A stretch of DNA of 64,000 nt from Parcubacteria group bacterium (lineage in GTDB: Bacteria; Patescibacteriota; Minisyncoccia; Moranbacterales; GCA-2747515). Positions 35,368-44,393 of the stretch are shown one piece after another (the first letter of the stretch is position 1; the number at the start of each line of letters is the position of its first letter). The notes under the pieces are model-generated. The model saw only the letters and a program-made list of their open reading frames with translations. It was not told the origin of the DNA and ran no database searches. Location of the stretch: contig JBAZXC010000005.1 in assembly GCA_041660065.1 (NCBI GenBank), positions 292 through 64,291 on the forward strand, read 5' to 3'. Both the position numbers and the translations under genes were made by a program.

Positions 35368-38064
35368 ATGACAAAAAATAAACATTCCTCCTCCGCTAAA
35401 GCTACGGCGGGACGTAGTAAAACACTTTTACTTCTTGATGGAAATGCGATTCTGCATAGGGCGTATCATGCGATCCCGCCGCTTTCGACCGATGATGGCG
35501 TGCAGACCAATGCGGTGTATGGATTTGTATCCACACTTTTTACTGTATTGGAAAAATTCCAGCCGGAATATATCGTGGCGTCGTTTGATGTGCCGGGGAA
35601 GAATTTTCGTCATGAGATGTTTCCTGAATACAAAACAAAGCGCAAAGAAACGCCGGAAGACCTTACGCCACAATTTGATCTCGTTAAGGATGTGGTGCGA
35701 TCGTTGGGGATCACGATTGTGGAGAAAGAAGGCTTTGAGGCAGATGATGTGATCGGGACGATCTCTACACATATTACTGATGATGTGGATGTGGTGATCG
35801 TGACAGGGGATAAAGATACATTGCAACTGGTCAACGATCATGTACGCGTATTTACAATGTCGCGCGGTATCCATGACATGGTGCTCTATGACAGGGAATT
35901 GGTCAAAGATAAAATGGGTGTAGAGGTGGAGCAAATCGTGGACTATAAGGGCTTGCGCGGGGATCCAAGTGATAACATCCCCGGCGTGAAGGGCATCGGA
36001 GAAAAGACGGCTGTCGAACTTTTGACAACATATCATGATCTGGACCACATTTACAGTCATATCGATGAGATCAAGGACAGCGTGCGCAAAAAATTGGAAG
36101 CAAATAAAGAAAAAGCCTATCTCTCACGAACACTTGGCATCATTCGTACGGATGTGCCTGTTGCCCTCATCAATCTCGGTGCGGCACAAACAGCGGATAT
36201 CACATTTGATCGCGCACGCACGATGTTTCACAAACTGGGGTTCAATAGTTTGATCAGGCGATTTCCCACTTCTGCAGGGGCGCAGGAAAAAACACAATCG
36301 CAAAAAAACGCAATGCACATTACAGTTGTCGCGGAACGTGATGTGGCGATGGTATGCAAAAAATGCGCATCATCTGTGGTAAGTGTTGCGATTGACGCTT
36401 CGCAGACGCAAATGTATGGTATGGCGCTGTTTGTGGGTGATCAAGTACAGTATATGCCATATACACAAAAAACAGCGGAAATCCTTGGGCATTTTATGAA
36501 GGACAGTACGATCAAAAAAGTGATTTATGATGTAAAATCATTTTTGCATGATGTGGAGCGGTGGCATATGACAGTTGACGGCGTAGTGGATGATGTGTTG
36601 CTTCAAGCATATGTGGTCCAACAAAACAAAAAATTCGATCTCGATGCGCTTGCCTTTGATGTGCTAGGTGTTTTGTCAGAGGGAAAAAAGACAAGCAATC
36701 AAATGGCGCTTATGTTACGCGATCATGATGAACAGGTCAATGTCGTATGCACACGCGCATATCATACGGCAATGTTGCATGCACATTTTTGTGCAAAGAT
36801 CGATGAGATCATCAAAACGCAAAAAGAAAAAGCGAATATCAAAACCGTTTTGGATACGATTGAGATGCCACTCATCGATGTGCTTTTTCACATGGAAAAG
36901 AGAGGCATTGGCATTGACAAAGGTCGTCTCAAAGAAATTGCCACAGTGATCAATGCGGAGATTGATACACTTACGCAGACGATTTACGGTCATGCGGGAG
37001 AAGTTTTCAATATCAACTCTACACAACAATTGCGCGTGATCCTCTTTGATAAATTACAGATCTCGACGCAAAATATCAAAAAAACCAAAACAGGATTTTC
37101 TACGGCATCTGATGAGTTGGGAAAAATTCGTGACGTGCATCCGATCGTTGCGGAGATCGAGCGATATCGTGAGCTTTTCAAGCTCAAGACAACGTATGTG
37201 GATGTACTGCCAACTTTGACCGATGCGGAAGATCGTATCCACACAACATTCAATCAAGCGGTGGCAACGACGGGACGATTGTCATCATCAGACCCAAATC
37301 TGCAAAACATCCCGATCCGCACAGAGGATGGACGGCGTTTGCGCGAAGGCTTCAAAGCAAAAAAAGGATATACATTTGTCAGCGTGGATTATTCGCAGAT
37401 CGATCTGCGGTGTGTGGCGCATGTTAGTGGTGATCCGGCATTGATCAAAGCGTTCAATGACGGTATGGACATTCACACATATACGGCGGCACAGGTGTTG
37501 GGTATTGCACCGGAGGAGATTACCAAGGAACAGCGTAGAAGTGCCAAGGAATTGAATTTTGGGCTCATCTATGGCATGGGACAGTTTGGGTTTGCACGAG
37601 CGGCTGGCATTGATACCAAAGAGGCCAAGAAATTCATTACGGCATATTTTGAAAAGTTTGCCGGTGTGAAGGTATATATCGAAAATACCAAAAAACAAGC
37701 GATGAAGAGCGGGTATGTGGAAACGCTTTTCGGTCGCAGACGCTATGTCAAAGAGATCCAATCAAAGAATTTTCAATTACACGCGGCAGGGGAGCGTGCG
37801 GCGATCAACATGCCGATCCAAGGACTTGCGGCAGACATTATGAAACTGGCGATGATCGCGGCAGATCGTCATATCGCAAAGAAGTATGGCACAGATGATG
37901 CATATGCCGTATTGCAAATTCACGATGAGATCATTTTTGAAGTGTGTGAAGAATTGGCAGGAGAGTTTGCAGAGCAGATGACACATGTAATGGAGAATGT
38001 CTGCACGTTGAAAGTTCCACTAGCTGTCGATGTGTCACAAGGCGAGCGGTGGAGTGAGCTGTAG
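35368..38064 (+). CDS. polA: DNA polymerase I
   Basis: 898 aa with a 5'-3' exonuclease domain, a central 3'-5' exo-like domain and polymerase motifs A ('DYSQIDLR'), B ('RRSAKELNFGLIYG') and C ('QIHDEI'). Confidence 0.95.
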   Translation: MTKNKHSSSAKATAGRSKTLLLLDGNAILHRAYHAIPPLSTDDGVQTNAVYGFVSTLFTVLEKFQPEYIVASFDVPGKNFRHEMFPEYKTKRKETPEDLTPQFDLVKDVVRSLGITIVEKEGFEADDVIGTISTHITDDVDVVIVTGDKDTLQLVNDHVRVFTMSRGIHDMVLYDRELVKDKMGVEVEQIVDYKGLRGDPSDNIPGVKGIGEKTAVELLTTYHDLDHIYSHIDEIKDSVRKKLEANKEKAYLSRTLGIIRTDVPVALINLGAAQTADITFDRARTMFHKLGFNSLIRRFPTSAGAQEKTQSQKNAMHITVVAERDVAMVCKKCASSVVSVAIDASQTQMYGMALFVGDQVQYMPYTQKTAEILGHFMKDSTIKKVIYDVKSFLHDVERWHMTVDGVVDDVLLQAYVVQQNKKFDLDALAFDVLGVLSEGKKTSNQMALMLRDHDEQVNVVCTRAYHTAMLHAHFCAKIDEIIKTQKEKANIKTVLDTIEMPLIDVLFHMEKRGIGIDKGRLKEIATVINAEIDTLTQTIYGHAGEVFNINSTQQLRVILFDKLQISTQNIKKTKTGFSTASDELGKIRDVHPIVAEIERYRELFKLKTTYVDVLPTLTDAEDRIHTTFNQAVATTGRLSSSDPNLQNIPIRTEDGRRLREGFKAKKGYTFVSVDYSQIDLRCVAHVSGDPALIKAFNDGMDIHTYTAAQVLGIAPEEITKEQRRSAKELNFGLIYGMGQFGFARAAGIDTKEAKKFITAYFEKFAGVKVYIENTKKQAMKSGYVETLFGRRRYVKEIQSKNFQLHAAGERAAINMPIQGLAADIMKLAMIAADRHIAKKYGTDDAYAVLQIHDEIIFEVCEELAGEFAEQMTHVMENVCTLKVPLAVDVSQGERWSEL

Positions 38065-38103
38065 GATTATTACATTTCTTTATGCTTTGTATCAAAAATA
38101 AAA

Positions 38104-38140
38104 AAGGCGGAAAATTGTGTTAAGCTTTTCTGCCTTTTTG
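38104..38140 (+). terminator. intrinsic terminator after polA
   Basis: GGCGGAAAA...TTTTCTGCC hairpin followed by TTTTTG. Confidence 0.45.
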
Positions 38141-38171
38141 ATCAATTCATCAATTTTTTTAAAACATCTCA

Positions 38172-38210
38172 TAAAAAAAGTAGCTTTATGTTTTTAGCAC
38201 AAAGCTACTT
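38172..38210 (-). terminator. intrinsic terminator after the 38233..38796 gene
   Basis: AGTAGCTTT...AAAGCTACT hairpin followed by T7 on the minus strand. Confidence 0.45.
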
Positions 38211-38232
38211 AGCGTTGATTTTTTGGAGAAAT

Positions 38233-38796
38233 TTATCTCGGAATAGGGTATGGCGGAGTTAAAGTTCCTTCTGGAATATGGATAATATATTTACCTGTAA
38301 AATTTGGTTGTAAATTTTCGTAAAGCATTTTTGGTAAGAAATAATGCATTAGGGGTTGTTGAACCGTGTTTTTTTCTACTTCAAATGCAATATATGCATC
38401 TTCTCTATTTTTATCCTGGAGTATCTTCACTTTACGGCATGAAAGCATTGTAAAGGCAACTTTACGGCGATCGTTTTTGTCTAGATCTTGTTGATGAAAT
38501 GCGTAATAACAGTTGTTATCAATTCGCACTTCAGAAACATAACTATTTTCTGAGATTGGAGCTATAGACATTTTGTAATCCTCAACTAATTGCGTCGTGG
38601 AAAAAATCCGGATTAAAAAGCCTATGATAATAAATCCAATTACAGTGCCAAGTCCTGCCCCAATAACAGATGATATAATTGTATTAGTGCGAGTAATTTT
38701 TTGGCCTTTTTTCTCCGCATGAATTTCATTTGCTTTTACAACAAATCTCCCAAAAAATAATGCCAAACAAATCAATGCTATTAATGATGTAATCAT
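38233..38796 (-). CDS. hypothetical membrane-anchored protein
   Basis: 187 aa with an N-terminal TM helix, a second TM near residue 50, and a soluble domain. Confidence 0.45.
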   Translation of the reverse strand: MITSLIALICLALFFGRFVVKANEIHAEKKGQKITRTNTIISSVIGAGLGTVIGFIIIGFLIRIFSTTQLVEDYKMSIAPISENSYVSEVRIDNNCYYAFHQQDLDKNDRRKVAFTMLSCRKVKILQDKNREDAYIAFEVEKNTVQQPLMHYFLPKMLYENLQPNFTGKYIIHIPEGTLTPPYPIPR

Positions 38797-39036
38797 GAAT
38801 AGTTTCTCCTTTTAAGGTACAATATGATGGCAAAATGCCACGAAATATATTTATCCAAATTTCAATTAAAATTAGCTCATTTTGCAAAAAAAGTCAATGA
38901 TCAATCTCATCTCCTCTTTATATGGGAAAAACATGGAAAAACAAAATATTGACAATCTTACTATTTTGGAGTACATTGCAAAGCTGTAATGTCGAGGTGG
39001 CTTATTGCAGAATCATACATATAAAGGGAGGTAATC

Positions 39037-39294
39037 ATGCAGAGTAAATTTACAAGTGCAATTCCAAAAGTTGGACAAATTGTAGAAATTACAGTTAAAG
39101 ATTTTGTTATGGAGGCTCGCGTTAAATATCGATACGCAAATCCAGTAAGCCAAGAAATAGTTCTCGATGTAACTGATGCTCCCAAGTCGACCATACCGGT
39201 CGTACTCGTCTATCAAGACGGCAATTGGAAGGTCACATCGCCGGAGAGATGCCCGTTTTATAACAGAGAAGTCTTCGTTAATGTTTTGGAGTGA
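39037..39294 (+). CDS. hypothetical small protein
   Basis: 85 aa with a good SD (AAAGGGAGGTAATCATG) and a family-type terminator downstream. Confidence 0.45.
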   Translation: MQSKFTSAIPKVGQIVEITVKDFVMEARVKYRYANPVSQEIVLDVTDAPKSTIPVVLVYQDGNWKVTSPERCPFYNREVFVNVLE

Positions 39295-39359
39295 CGATCG
39301 ACAAAGGAAAGCCATTTTTTTGAGAGTCAATGATTCCTCACGGATGATTTAACCTTGCA

Positions 39360-39390
39360 GGAGCATGTTTGCAACATGCTCCTTTTATTT
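39360..39390 (+). terminator. intrinsic terminator, hairpin-family variant
   Basis: GGAGCATGTT-tgc-AACATGCTCC followed by TTTTATTT. Confidence 0.5.
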
Positions 39391-39525
39391 CGTTCAAGCA
39401 CACGGAATTTATTACATGGTTTTACTCTTGTTTAAAACGATTGTGTGCATTATAATACACAATTGGCACGTAGTATAAAATGTGTGATATACTAACAAAT
39501 GAACATTAACTAAATATCATAATAT

Positions 39526-40797
39526 ATGAAAAAAGGATATATATATGCAGTCAGCGCCGGATGTCTTGCGGTGATCGCATTGTCTGGATGCGGATGTAAA
39601 CGAAATGCAGAGGAGATTTCTACTGAGGAAAAAACGCCCGGAAACGTTGTTGTGCCATATGAAAAACCGGCAAATGCCAGTCCGATCACCGGGCTTGCAT
39701 GTGATAATTATGACAAACGTCCTTTTGGCGTGATGTATAGTGGTGATGTGGAGACACGACCGTATTTTTCCAATATTACCAAGGCGGATATGGTGGTGGA
39801 GATGCCACACCGCGCGATCCATGATGGGACGCGTGTGATGGGTGTTTTCGGGTGTAATGCGCCGACACAAATTGGTCCGATGCGATCAGCACGAGTGGAT
39901 TTTATGAATGTGGCAGGCTCGATCGATGCAGTGTTCGTGTTGTGGGGCGGGGATAGCGTGACCAAAAATCTCTTGGATAACAAAGTGATGAACAGTCTGA
40001 CATGCGCTGATGGTGGTGTAAATGCGGGTGATGCGGCATGCTATCGCTTGGACAAGGGCGTTGTGCCATTGGATATGGAAGACCGCGCGTTTACATCGAT
40101 GCCGGAACTCATCAAATCAGCGAGCGGATATGGCTATTCCAACCAAAATACATTTGCCGGATTTGAACATCAAGGAGAAATTTCCAGAGACCAGCGTCCG
40201 GAATATGGCCAAATCTCAGTGGGCTATGACAATCCATTTCGTGTGAACTACGAATACAATCCTGAGACAAACTCTTATGATCGTCTTTTCAACAAAAAGG
40301 AGGAATATGATTTTGTGACCAAGGAACGGGTATCGCCAAAGAATGTGATCGTGATCCAGACAAAAAAAGATGCTTTTTATATCGACACAGACTATGTGTC
40401 GCAGGGACTTCGTGATCCATGGGCTGGTATAGATGAAACGCACAAAAAGAACGACAATGGACAATATCCGAACTTTCAGCTCGGTGATCCGTGGTTTGAT
40501 ACGAGATTTGAGGGAGAAGCATATTTCTATATGAACGGACAAGAGATCGTTGGCACATGGAAGAAAGAACGAGGAGACAAAAAACCATTCAAATTTTATG
40601 ATGCAAATGGACAGGATGTTCACTTTGTGCCAGGACAAATTTGGTTGCAGGTTGTGTCTAATGGCAAGACGGTAAAATGGAATCCCGGTACGGCAGAGGA
40701 TCGTGCAGAAAATAAGACAAAGCGCGAACAGGCGGCTCTTGCGCCGGCGACGACCGCAACGGATGCTACGGCTACCACAGAAACAACAGCAGAGTAA
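39526..40797 (+). CDS. lipoprotein (possibly DUF3048/YerB-like)
   Basis: Lipobox 'LSGCGC'; 423 aa; C-terminal Ala/Thr-rich tail; family assignment tentative. Confidence 0.45.
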   Translation: MKKGYIYAVSAGCLAVIALSGCGCKRNAEEISTEEKTPGNVVVPYEKPANASPITGLACDNYDKRPFGVMYSGDVETRPYFSNITKADMVVEMPHRAIHDGTRVMGVFGCNAPTQIGPMRSARVDFMNVAGSIDAVFVLWGGDSVTKNLLDNKVMNSLTCADGGVNAGDAACYRLDKGVVPLDMEDRAFTSMPELIKSASGYGYSNQNTFAGFEHQGEISRDQRPEYGQISVGYDNPFRVNYEYNPETNSYDRLFNKKEEYDFVTKERVSPKNVIVIQTKKDAFYIDTDYVSQGLRDPWAGIDETHKKNDNGQYPNFQLGDPWFDTRFEGEAYFYMNGQEIVGTWKKERGDKKPFKFYDANGQDVHFVPGQIWLQVVSNGKTVKWNPGTAEDRAENKTKREQAALAPATTATDATATTETTAE

Positions 40798-40875
40798 TTG
40801 ACCCAAAAAGGATCAAATAAAGAGCGTCCAACGTATGCTATAATGTGCAAATGGGCGCTTTTTTAATGGAAAATT

Positions 40876-41817
40876 ATGCTTATCTACATATGTGGTGAAG
40901 AAACATATACAACACATCATAAAGTTGAAGAATTGAAGTCTGCATACATACAAAAAAATGTTGGAGGAGGGAATTGCGTGGTTTTTGACTGTGATGAAAA
41001 GTGTGATGTGTATGAGATCTGTCGCACGATCGGAGCACAGGACCTTTTTGCGTCAGAAAAAATGATCATTATCAAAAATTTTATCCAGTCCACAAAAGCC
41101 GAAGAGCAAAAGATCATGCAAAAAGCAATTTCCGGCACAGATATAATCGTTTTTTGGGAAACGGGTCTGCCACGCAAGAATGCATTTTTAGTGGGTTGGC
41201 TCAACAAAAATGCTGATGAAGTTCTCGAAGGGAAAAAACTCGTTGGTCATGATTTGACCATGTGGATCACACAATATGCCAAAAAATGTAATGCGAAAAT
41301 TGACAGAGAGACGGTCGATGAGCTCGTTCTCTATGTAGGCAATGATCTATGGCGATTGGCACAAGAGATTGATAAATTGTCAGCATATGTGTCCGGACGT
41401 GTCATTGCAGTTGAAGATGTACACGTTTTGGTGCATGGGCAGATTGATGCGGATATGTTTGCAACGATTGAGGCAATCGTTGCACGAGACAAGGGACATG
41501 CACTGACATTGCTCAAAAAACAGCTTGCCAAAGGTGATGATCCCTTCCATATTTTTAGCATGTATACATATCAGATCCGCACGTTGCTTCTCGTTGGTGG
41601 TGCATCACAATGGGGCGTGGTTCAGGATAGAAATGTTGTTGCAAAGCTTGCGGGGGTGCACCCGTTTGTCGCACAAAAAGCACTTCTCCTTGTCAAAAAA
41701 GTCTCACAAAAAGTACTAACAAACGCACATAAGCACCTAACGGTTCTGGACAGAGAGATCAAAACCGGTAAACGGGATGTGCAGAGTGCATTGGATCTTT
41801 TTGTCATGGGGATATAG
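40876..41817 (+). CDS. holA: DNA polymerase III delta subunit
   Basis: 313 aa; starts 'MLIYICGEETY'; delta-subunit length and helical C-terminal domain. Confidence 0.7.
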   Translation: MLIYICGEETYTTHHKVEELKSAYIQKNVGGGNCVVFDCDEKCDVYEICRTIGAQDLFASEKMIIIKNFIQSTKAEEQKIMQKAISGTDIIVFWETGLPRKNAFLVGWLNKNADEVLEGKKLVGHDLTMWITQYAKKCNAKIDRETVDELVLYVGNDLWRLAQEIDKLSAYVSGRVIAVEDVHVLVHGQIDADMFATIEAIVARDKGHALTLLKKQLAKGDDPFHIFSMYTYQIRTLLLVGGASQWGVVQDRNVVAKLAGVHPFVAQKALLLVKKVSQKVLTNAHKHLTVLDREIKTGKRDVQSALDLFVMGI

Positions 41818-41877
41818 AAAATGTAAAACAATTATTCACCTTTTTCTACATATTATAAAATTATCTGACAAATGTAC

Positions 41878-41972
41878 GTCTTTGCGAGGAGGAACGACGA
41901 AGCAATCTTAAATATTGAAAAAAATACAGTATATCCAAACAAGTTTGCTTCGTCGTTCCTCCTCGCAAAGAC
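41878..41972. repeat. 28-bp perfect inverted repeat with 39-nt spacer (large hairpin)
   Basis: GTCTTTGCGAGGAGGAACGACGAAGCAA at 41878-41905 pairs perfectly with TTGCTTCGTCGTTCCTCCTCGCAAAGAC at 41945-41972. Confidence 0.7.
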
Positions 41973-42135
41973 AAGAGTTTTAGAGATATTTTCTTGGGAA
42001 AAGGTGAATAGGGACAATGTAAAAAATTGCCAAAATATTCTTTGTGTGGCACTATAATGGAATAAAAGGCATATCACATGTGGTATTGCCGTTTGTTCTT
42101 TTATCAATACATGGAGATAAAAAGGAGAGGAGAAA

Positions 42136-43086
42136 ATGTCGTGGATCATATTTCAACCAATTTACAAGGAGGCGATATGGGGCGGTCTCAATTTAGCAAC
42201 GCTCTTTAGAAGAAAGTTGCCACAGAAATCTTCGCACATTGCAGAAAGCTGGGAAATTGTTGATCGACCCAATAATCAATCTTGCGTAAGGTATAAACAA
42301 CAAAAGACAACATTGAGAGAGGTTATATTATCCGATGGTGCTTACGTGATGGGTCCGAGATGGGACGCACAAGATCGATTTCCGATACTTGTGAAATTAT
42401 TGGATTGCAATGATCGCTTGAGTCTGCAAGTACATCCGCCACATGAAATAGCAAAAAAATTTGGTGGTGATGCTAAGGATGAATTTTGGTATGTGATAGA
42501 AACCACAAAGGAGGAAGCCCAAATTTTTGCCGGTTTGAAAAAAGGTGTGACGCGAGAAATTTTCATACAAGCATTGGATCAAAGGAACCTGGAGTCGTGT
42601 TTGCACGCGGAGAAATGTGAGAAAGGGAAGTCGATCTTTATCCCAAGTGGACGGTTGCATGCGATCGATACAGGGAATGTCATATTGGAAATTCAAAAGA
42701 ATTCCACGACAACATTTCGTGTGTATGATTGGGATCGTCCCGGTCTCGATGGCAAACCGCGCCAATTGCATATTAAGGAGTCACTGTCTAGTACCAATTT
42801 CAGTGATTATGAACCGCATATGCATAAAAATCTCTCAAATGCGATTCTGGCGACGAATTCTTCATTTACTGTGACTGCAACAACGATCGAGCACGCTGGT
42901 AAGCCGCTAGCACTGAGAGCAAACCACTGTCCACGACTATTACATGTTGTGGAAGGCACAGTATTTGACCAGAACACTGGTGCAATTTTGCACATTGGGT
43001 CAACGGCTCTTCTGCCATATGCAGAAAGTTTCTCAATTTCCACAAGTGATGTTGCAAAAGTTCTTGTGACACGTATCCATGTGTGA
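42136..43086 (+). CDS. manA: type I mannose-6-phosphate isomerase (cupin)
   Basis: 'LSLQVHPPHE' and 'SIFIPSGRLHAI' cupin motifs, as in Bacillus-type Pmi. Confidence 0.75.
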   Translation: MSWIIFQPIYKEAIWGGLNLATLFRRKLPQKSSHIAESWEIVDRPNNQSCVRYKQQKTTLREVILSDGAYVMGPRWDAQDRFPILVKLLDCNDRLSLQVHPPHEIAKKFGGDAKDEFWYVIETTKEEAQIFAGLKKGVTREIFIQALDQRNLESCLHAEKCEKGKSIFIPSGRLHAIDTGNVILEIQKNSTTTFRVYDWDRPGLDGKPRQLHIKESLSSTNFSDYEPHMHKNLSNAILATNSSFTVTATTIEHAGKPLALRANHCPRLLHVVEGTVFDQNTGAILHIGSTALLPYAESFSISTSDVAKVLVTRIHV

Positions 43087-43194
43087 TGCGTCAAAAATGT
43101 GACAAAAAAATGAAACCCACATACTTGGAGCTACAGTATGTGGGTTTTTCTTCATACAAAAAACATCCCCATAGTGAGGATGCTTTTTGAAAGG

Positions 43195-43464
43195 TTATTT
43201 TTTCTTCATCGCAACAACTTTTTTGTTGAGGCGTGATTTTTTGCGTGCGGCGGTATTTTTTTTGATGACATTCTTTTGCACGGCTTTGTCGAGTGCTTTT
43301 TGTGAAAGTTTCAAATATGTGTCAACCTCCTTTGTGTTATTGGTTGCAATTGCTTTTTCGAGTTTTTTGATTGCTGTACGATATGCACCGCGGGTTTTGC
43401 GATTTGCCTCGGTTTTTTTTGCAGTGACTTTTACATACTTCTTTGCAGCATCGATGATTGGCAT
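43195..43464 (-). CDS. rpsT: 30S ribosomal protein S20
   Basis: 'MPIIDAAKKYVKVTAKKTEANRKTRGAYRTAIKK...' S20 consensus; internal ATG at 43464 used. Confidence 0.8.
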   Translation of the reverse strand: MPIIDAAKKYVKVTAKKTEANRKTRGAYRTAIKKLEKAIATNNTKEVDTYLKLSQKALDKAVQKNVIKKNTAARKKSRLNKKVVAMKKK

Positions 43465-43641
43465 AGTGTTATTGAGATAATTGAATTTAAATTCGTCCTG
43501 TCGCTCACGAGCGACTGGATACATCCTGCCACTTGCGAGTGACGGGATAAGCATTAGATACCGATCACATCCGCAAAACTGAGAAATTCACGAAAACGAT
43601 CGTTTCTTATTTTTAGCACAGAACTTTGATTTTGGCAAGAT

Positions 43642-43681
43642 TAGATTGGTAGACATTTAGACAGGTAGATTAGTAGACCAG
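43642..43681. repeat. array of five 8-bp-phased TAGAC/TAGAT pentamers (left member of an inverted array pair)
   Basis: Five consecutive 8-bp units: tagattgg, tagacatt, tagacagg, tagattag, tagaccag. Lies just upstream of the rpsT promoter (TTGCCA-17-TAAAAAT on the minus strand). Confidence 0.6.
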
Positions 43682-43751
43682 TGAAAGGGTGTATTGTAAA
43701 TATTTTTTTGCGTATATCCATAATGTAGTGGTACACTTGTGATAGAAAGCA

Positions 43752-43780
43752 TTGCCGTTTTAATGATAATTTTGTATACT
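43752..43780 (+). promoter_or_regulatory. putative ruvA promoter (TTGCCG-17-TATACT)
   Basis: -35 at 43752-43757, -10 at 43775-43780; this would place the right array in the 5' UTR. Confidence 0.35.
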
Positions 43781-43784
43781 TTTT

Positions 43785-43824
43785 GTCTACATTTCTACTA
43801 GTCTAAATGTCTAACAGTCTAAAA
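43785..43824. repeat. array of five 8-bp-phased GTCTA pentamers ending 1 nt before the ruvA ATG (right member, inverted relative to 43642..43681)
   Basis: Five consecutive 8-bp units: gtctacat, ttctacta, gtctaaat, gtctaaca, gtctaaaa, then the ATG at 43826. No Shine-Dalgarno sequence. Confidence 0.6.
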
Positions 43825-43825
43825 A

Positions 43826-44389
43826 ATGATCGGTTATCTCAAAGGTTCTATTATCGCCAAGACCAAAGATGCTATTATTGTGGATGTTCATGATGTGGGA
43901 TATGAGGTTTTTATGTCTGGTTTTGCTGTGGAAAAAGTTGATGGGGATGTATCTCTTCATATTCATACACATGTGCGCGAACAAGAAATTTCTCTCTATG
44001 GATTTTTGACAAAAGAGGAATTGCGGATGTTCGAGATGCTCATCAGCATTTCCGGTATCGGGCCAAAGGCGGCACTCAATATTCTTTCAATTGCCGACGT
44101 GCCGACATTGTCAACAGCGATCGCGCACAAAGACACAAGCATCCTCACAAGGGTATCCGGCATTGGCAAAAAAACAGCAGAAAAAGTCATCCTGGAACTT
44201 TCCGGAAAAGTTGTCGCACCAATCGATGCGGCAATCGGTAATGCGATGACACACGCTGATGCGATCGATGCATTACGCTCTCTCGGTTATAGCGCATCCG
44301 AAGCGCGCGATGCCTTGAGCAATGTGCCAAAGGACGTGAAAGATGTGGGCGAGTGTGTGCGATTGGCGCTTAAATATTTGGGCAAATAA
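43826..44389 (+). CDS. ruvA: Holliday junction DNA helicase RuvA
   Basis: 'MIGYLKGSI...DVGYEVFMS' and 'ISGIGPKAALNIL' HhH motifs. Confidence 0.9.
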   Translation: MIGYLKGSIIAKTKDAIIVDVHDVGYEVFMSGFAVEKVDGDVSLHIHTHVREQEISLYGFLTKEELRMFEMLISISGIGPKAALNILSIADVPTLSTAIAHKDTSILTRVSGIGKKTAEKVILELSGKVVAPIDAAIGNAMTHADAIDALRSLGYSASEARDALSNVPKDVKDVGECVRLALKYLGK

Positions 44390-44393
44390 AAAT

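Noticed and set aside
41853-42149. ORFs 41853..42149(-) and 41872..42057(+) between holA and manA
   Set aside because: Both are generated by reading through the two arms of the perfect 28-bp inverted repeat and the promoter/SD region of manA. They have no RBS and no coding signal.
43642-43824. Interpretation of the 8-bp-phased pentamer arrays as a CRISPR array, iterons or a LexA/SOS box
   Set aside because: The units are 8 bp with a conserved 5-nt core and variable 3-nt spacers, so they are neither CRISPR repeats with spacers nor plasmid iterons. There is no palindromic 14-16-bp LexA-type box (CTGT-N8-ACAG or CGAACN4GTTCG) at ruvA. The element appears to be a distinct class.
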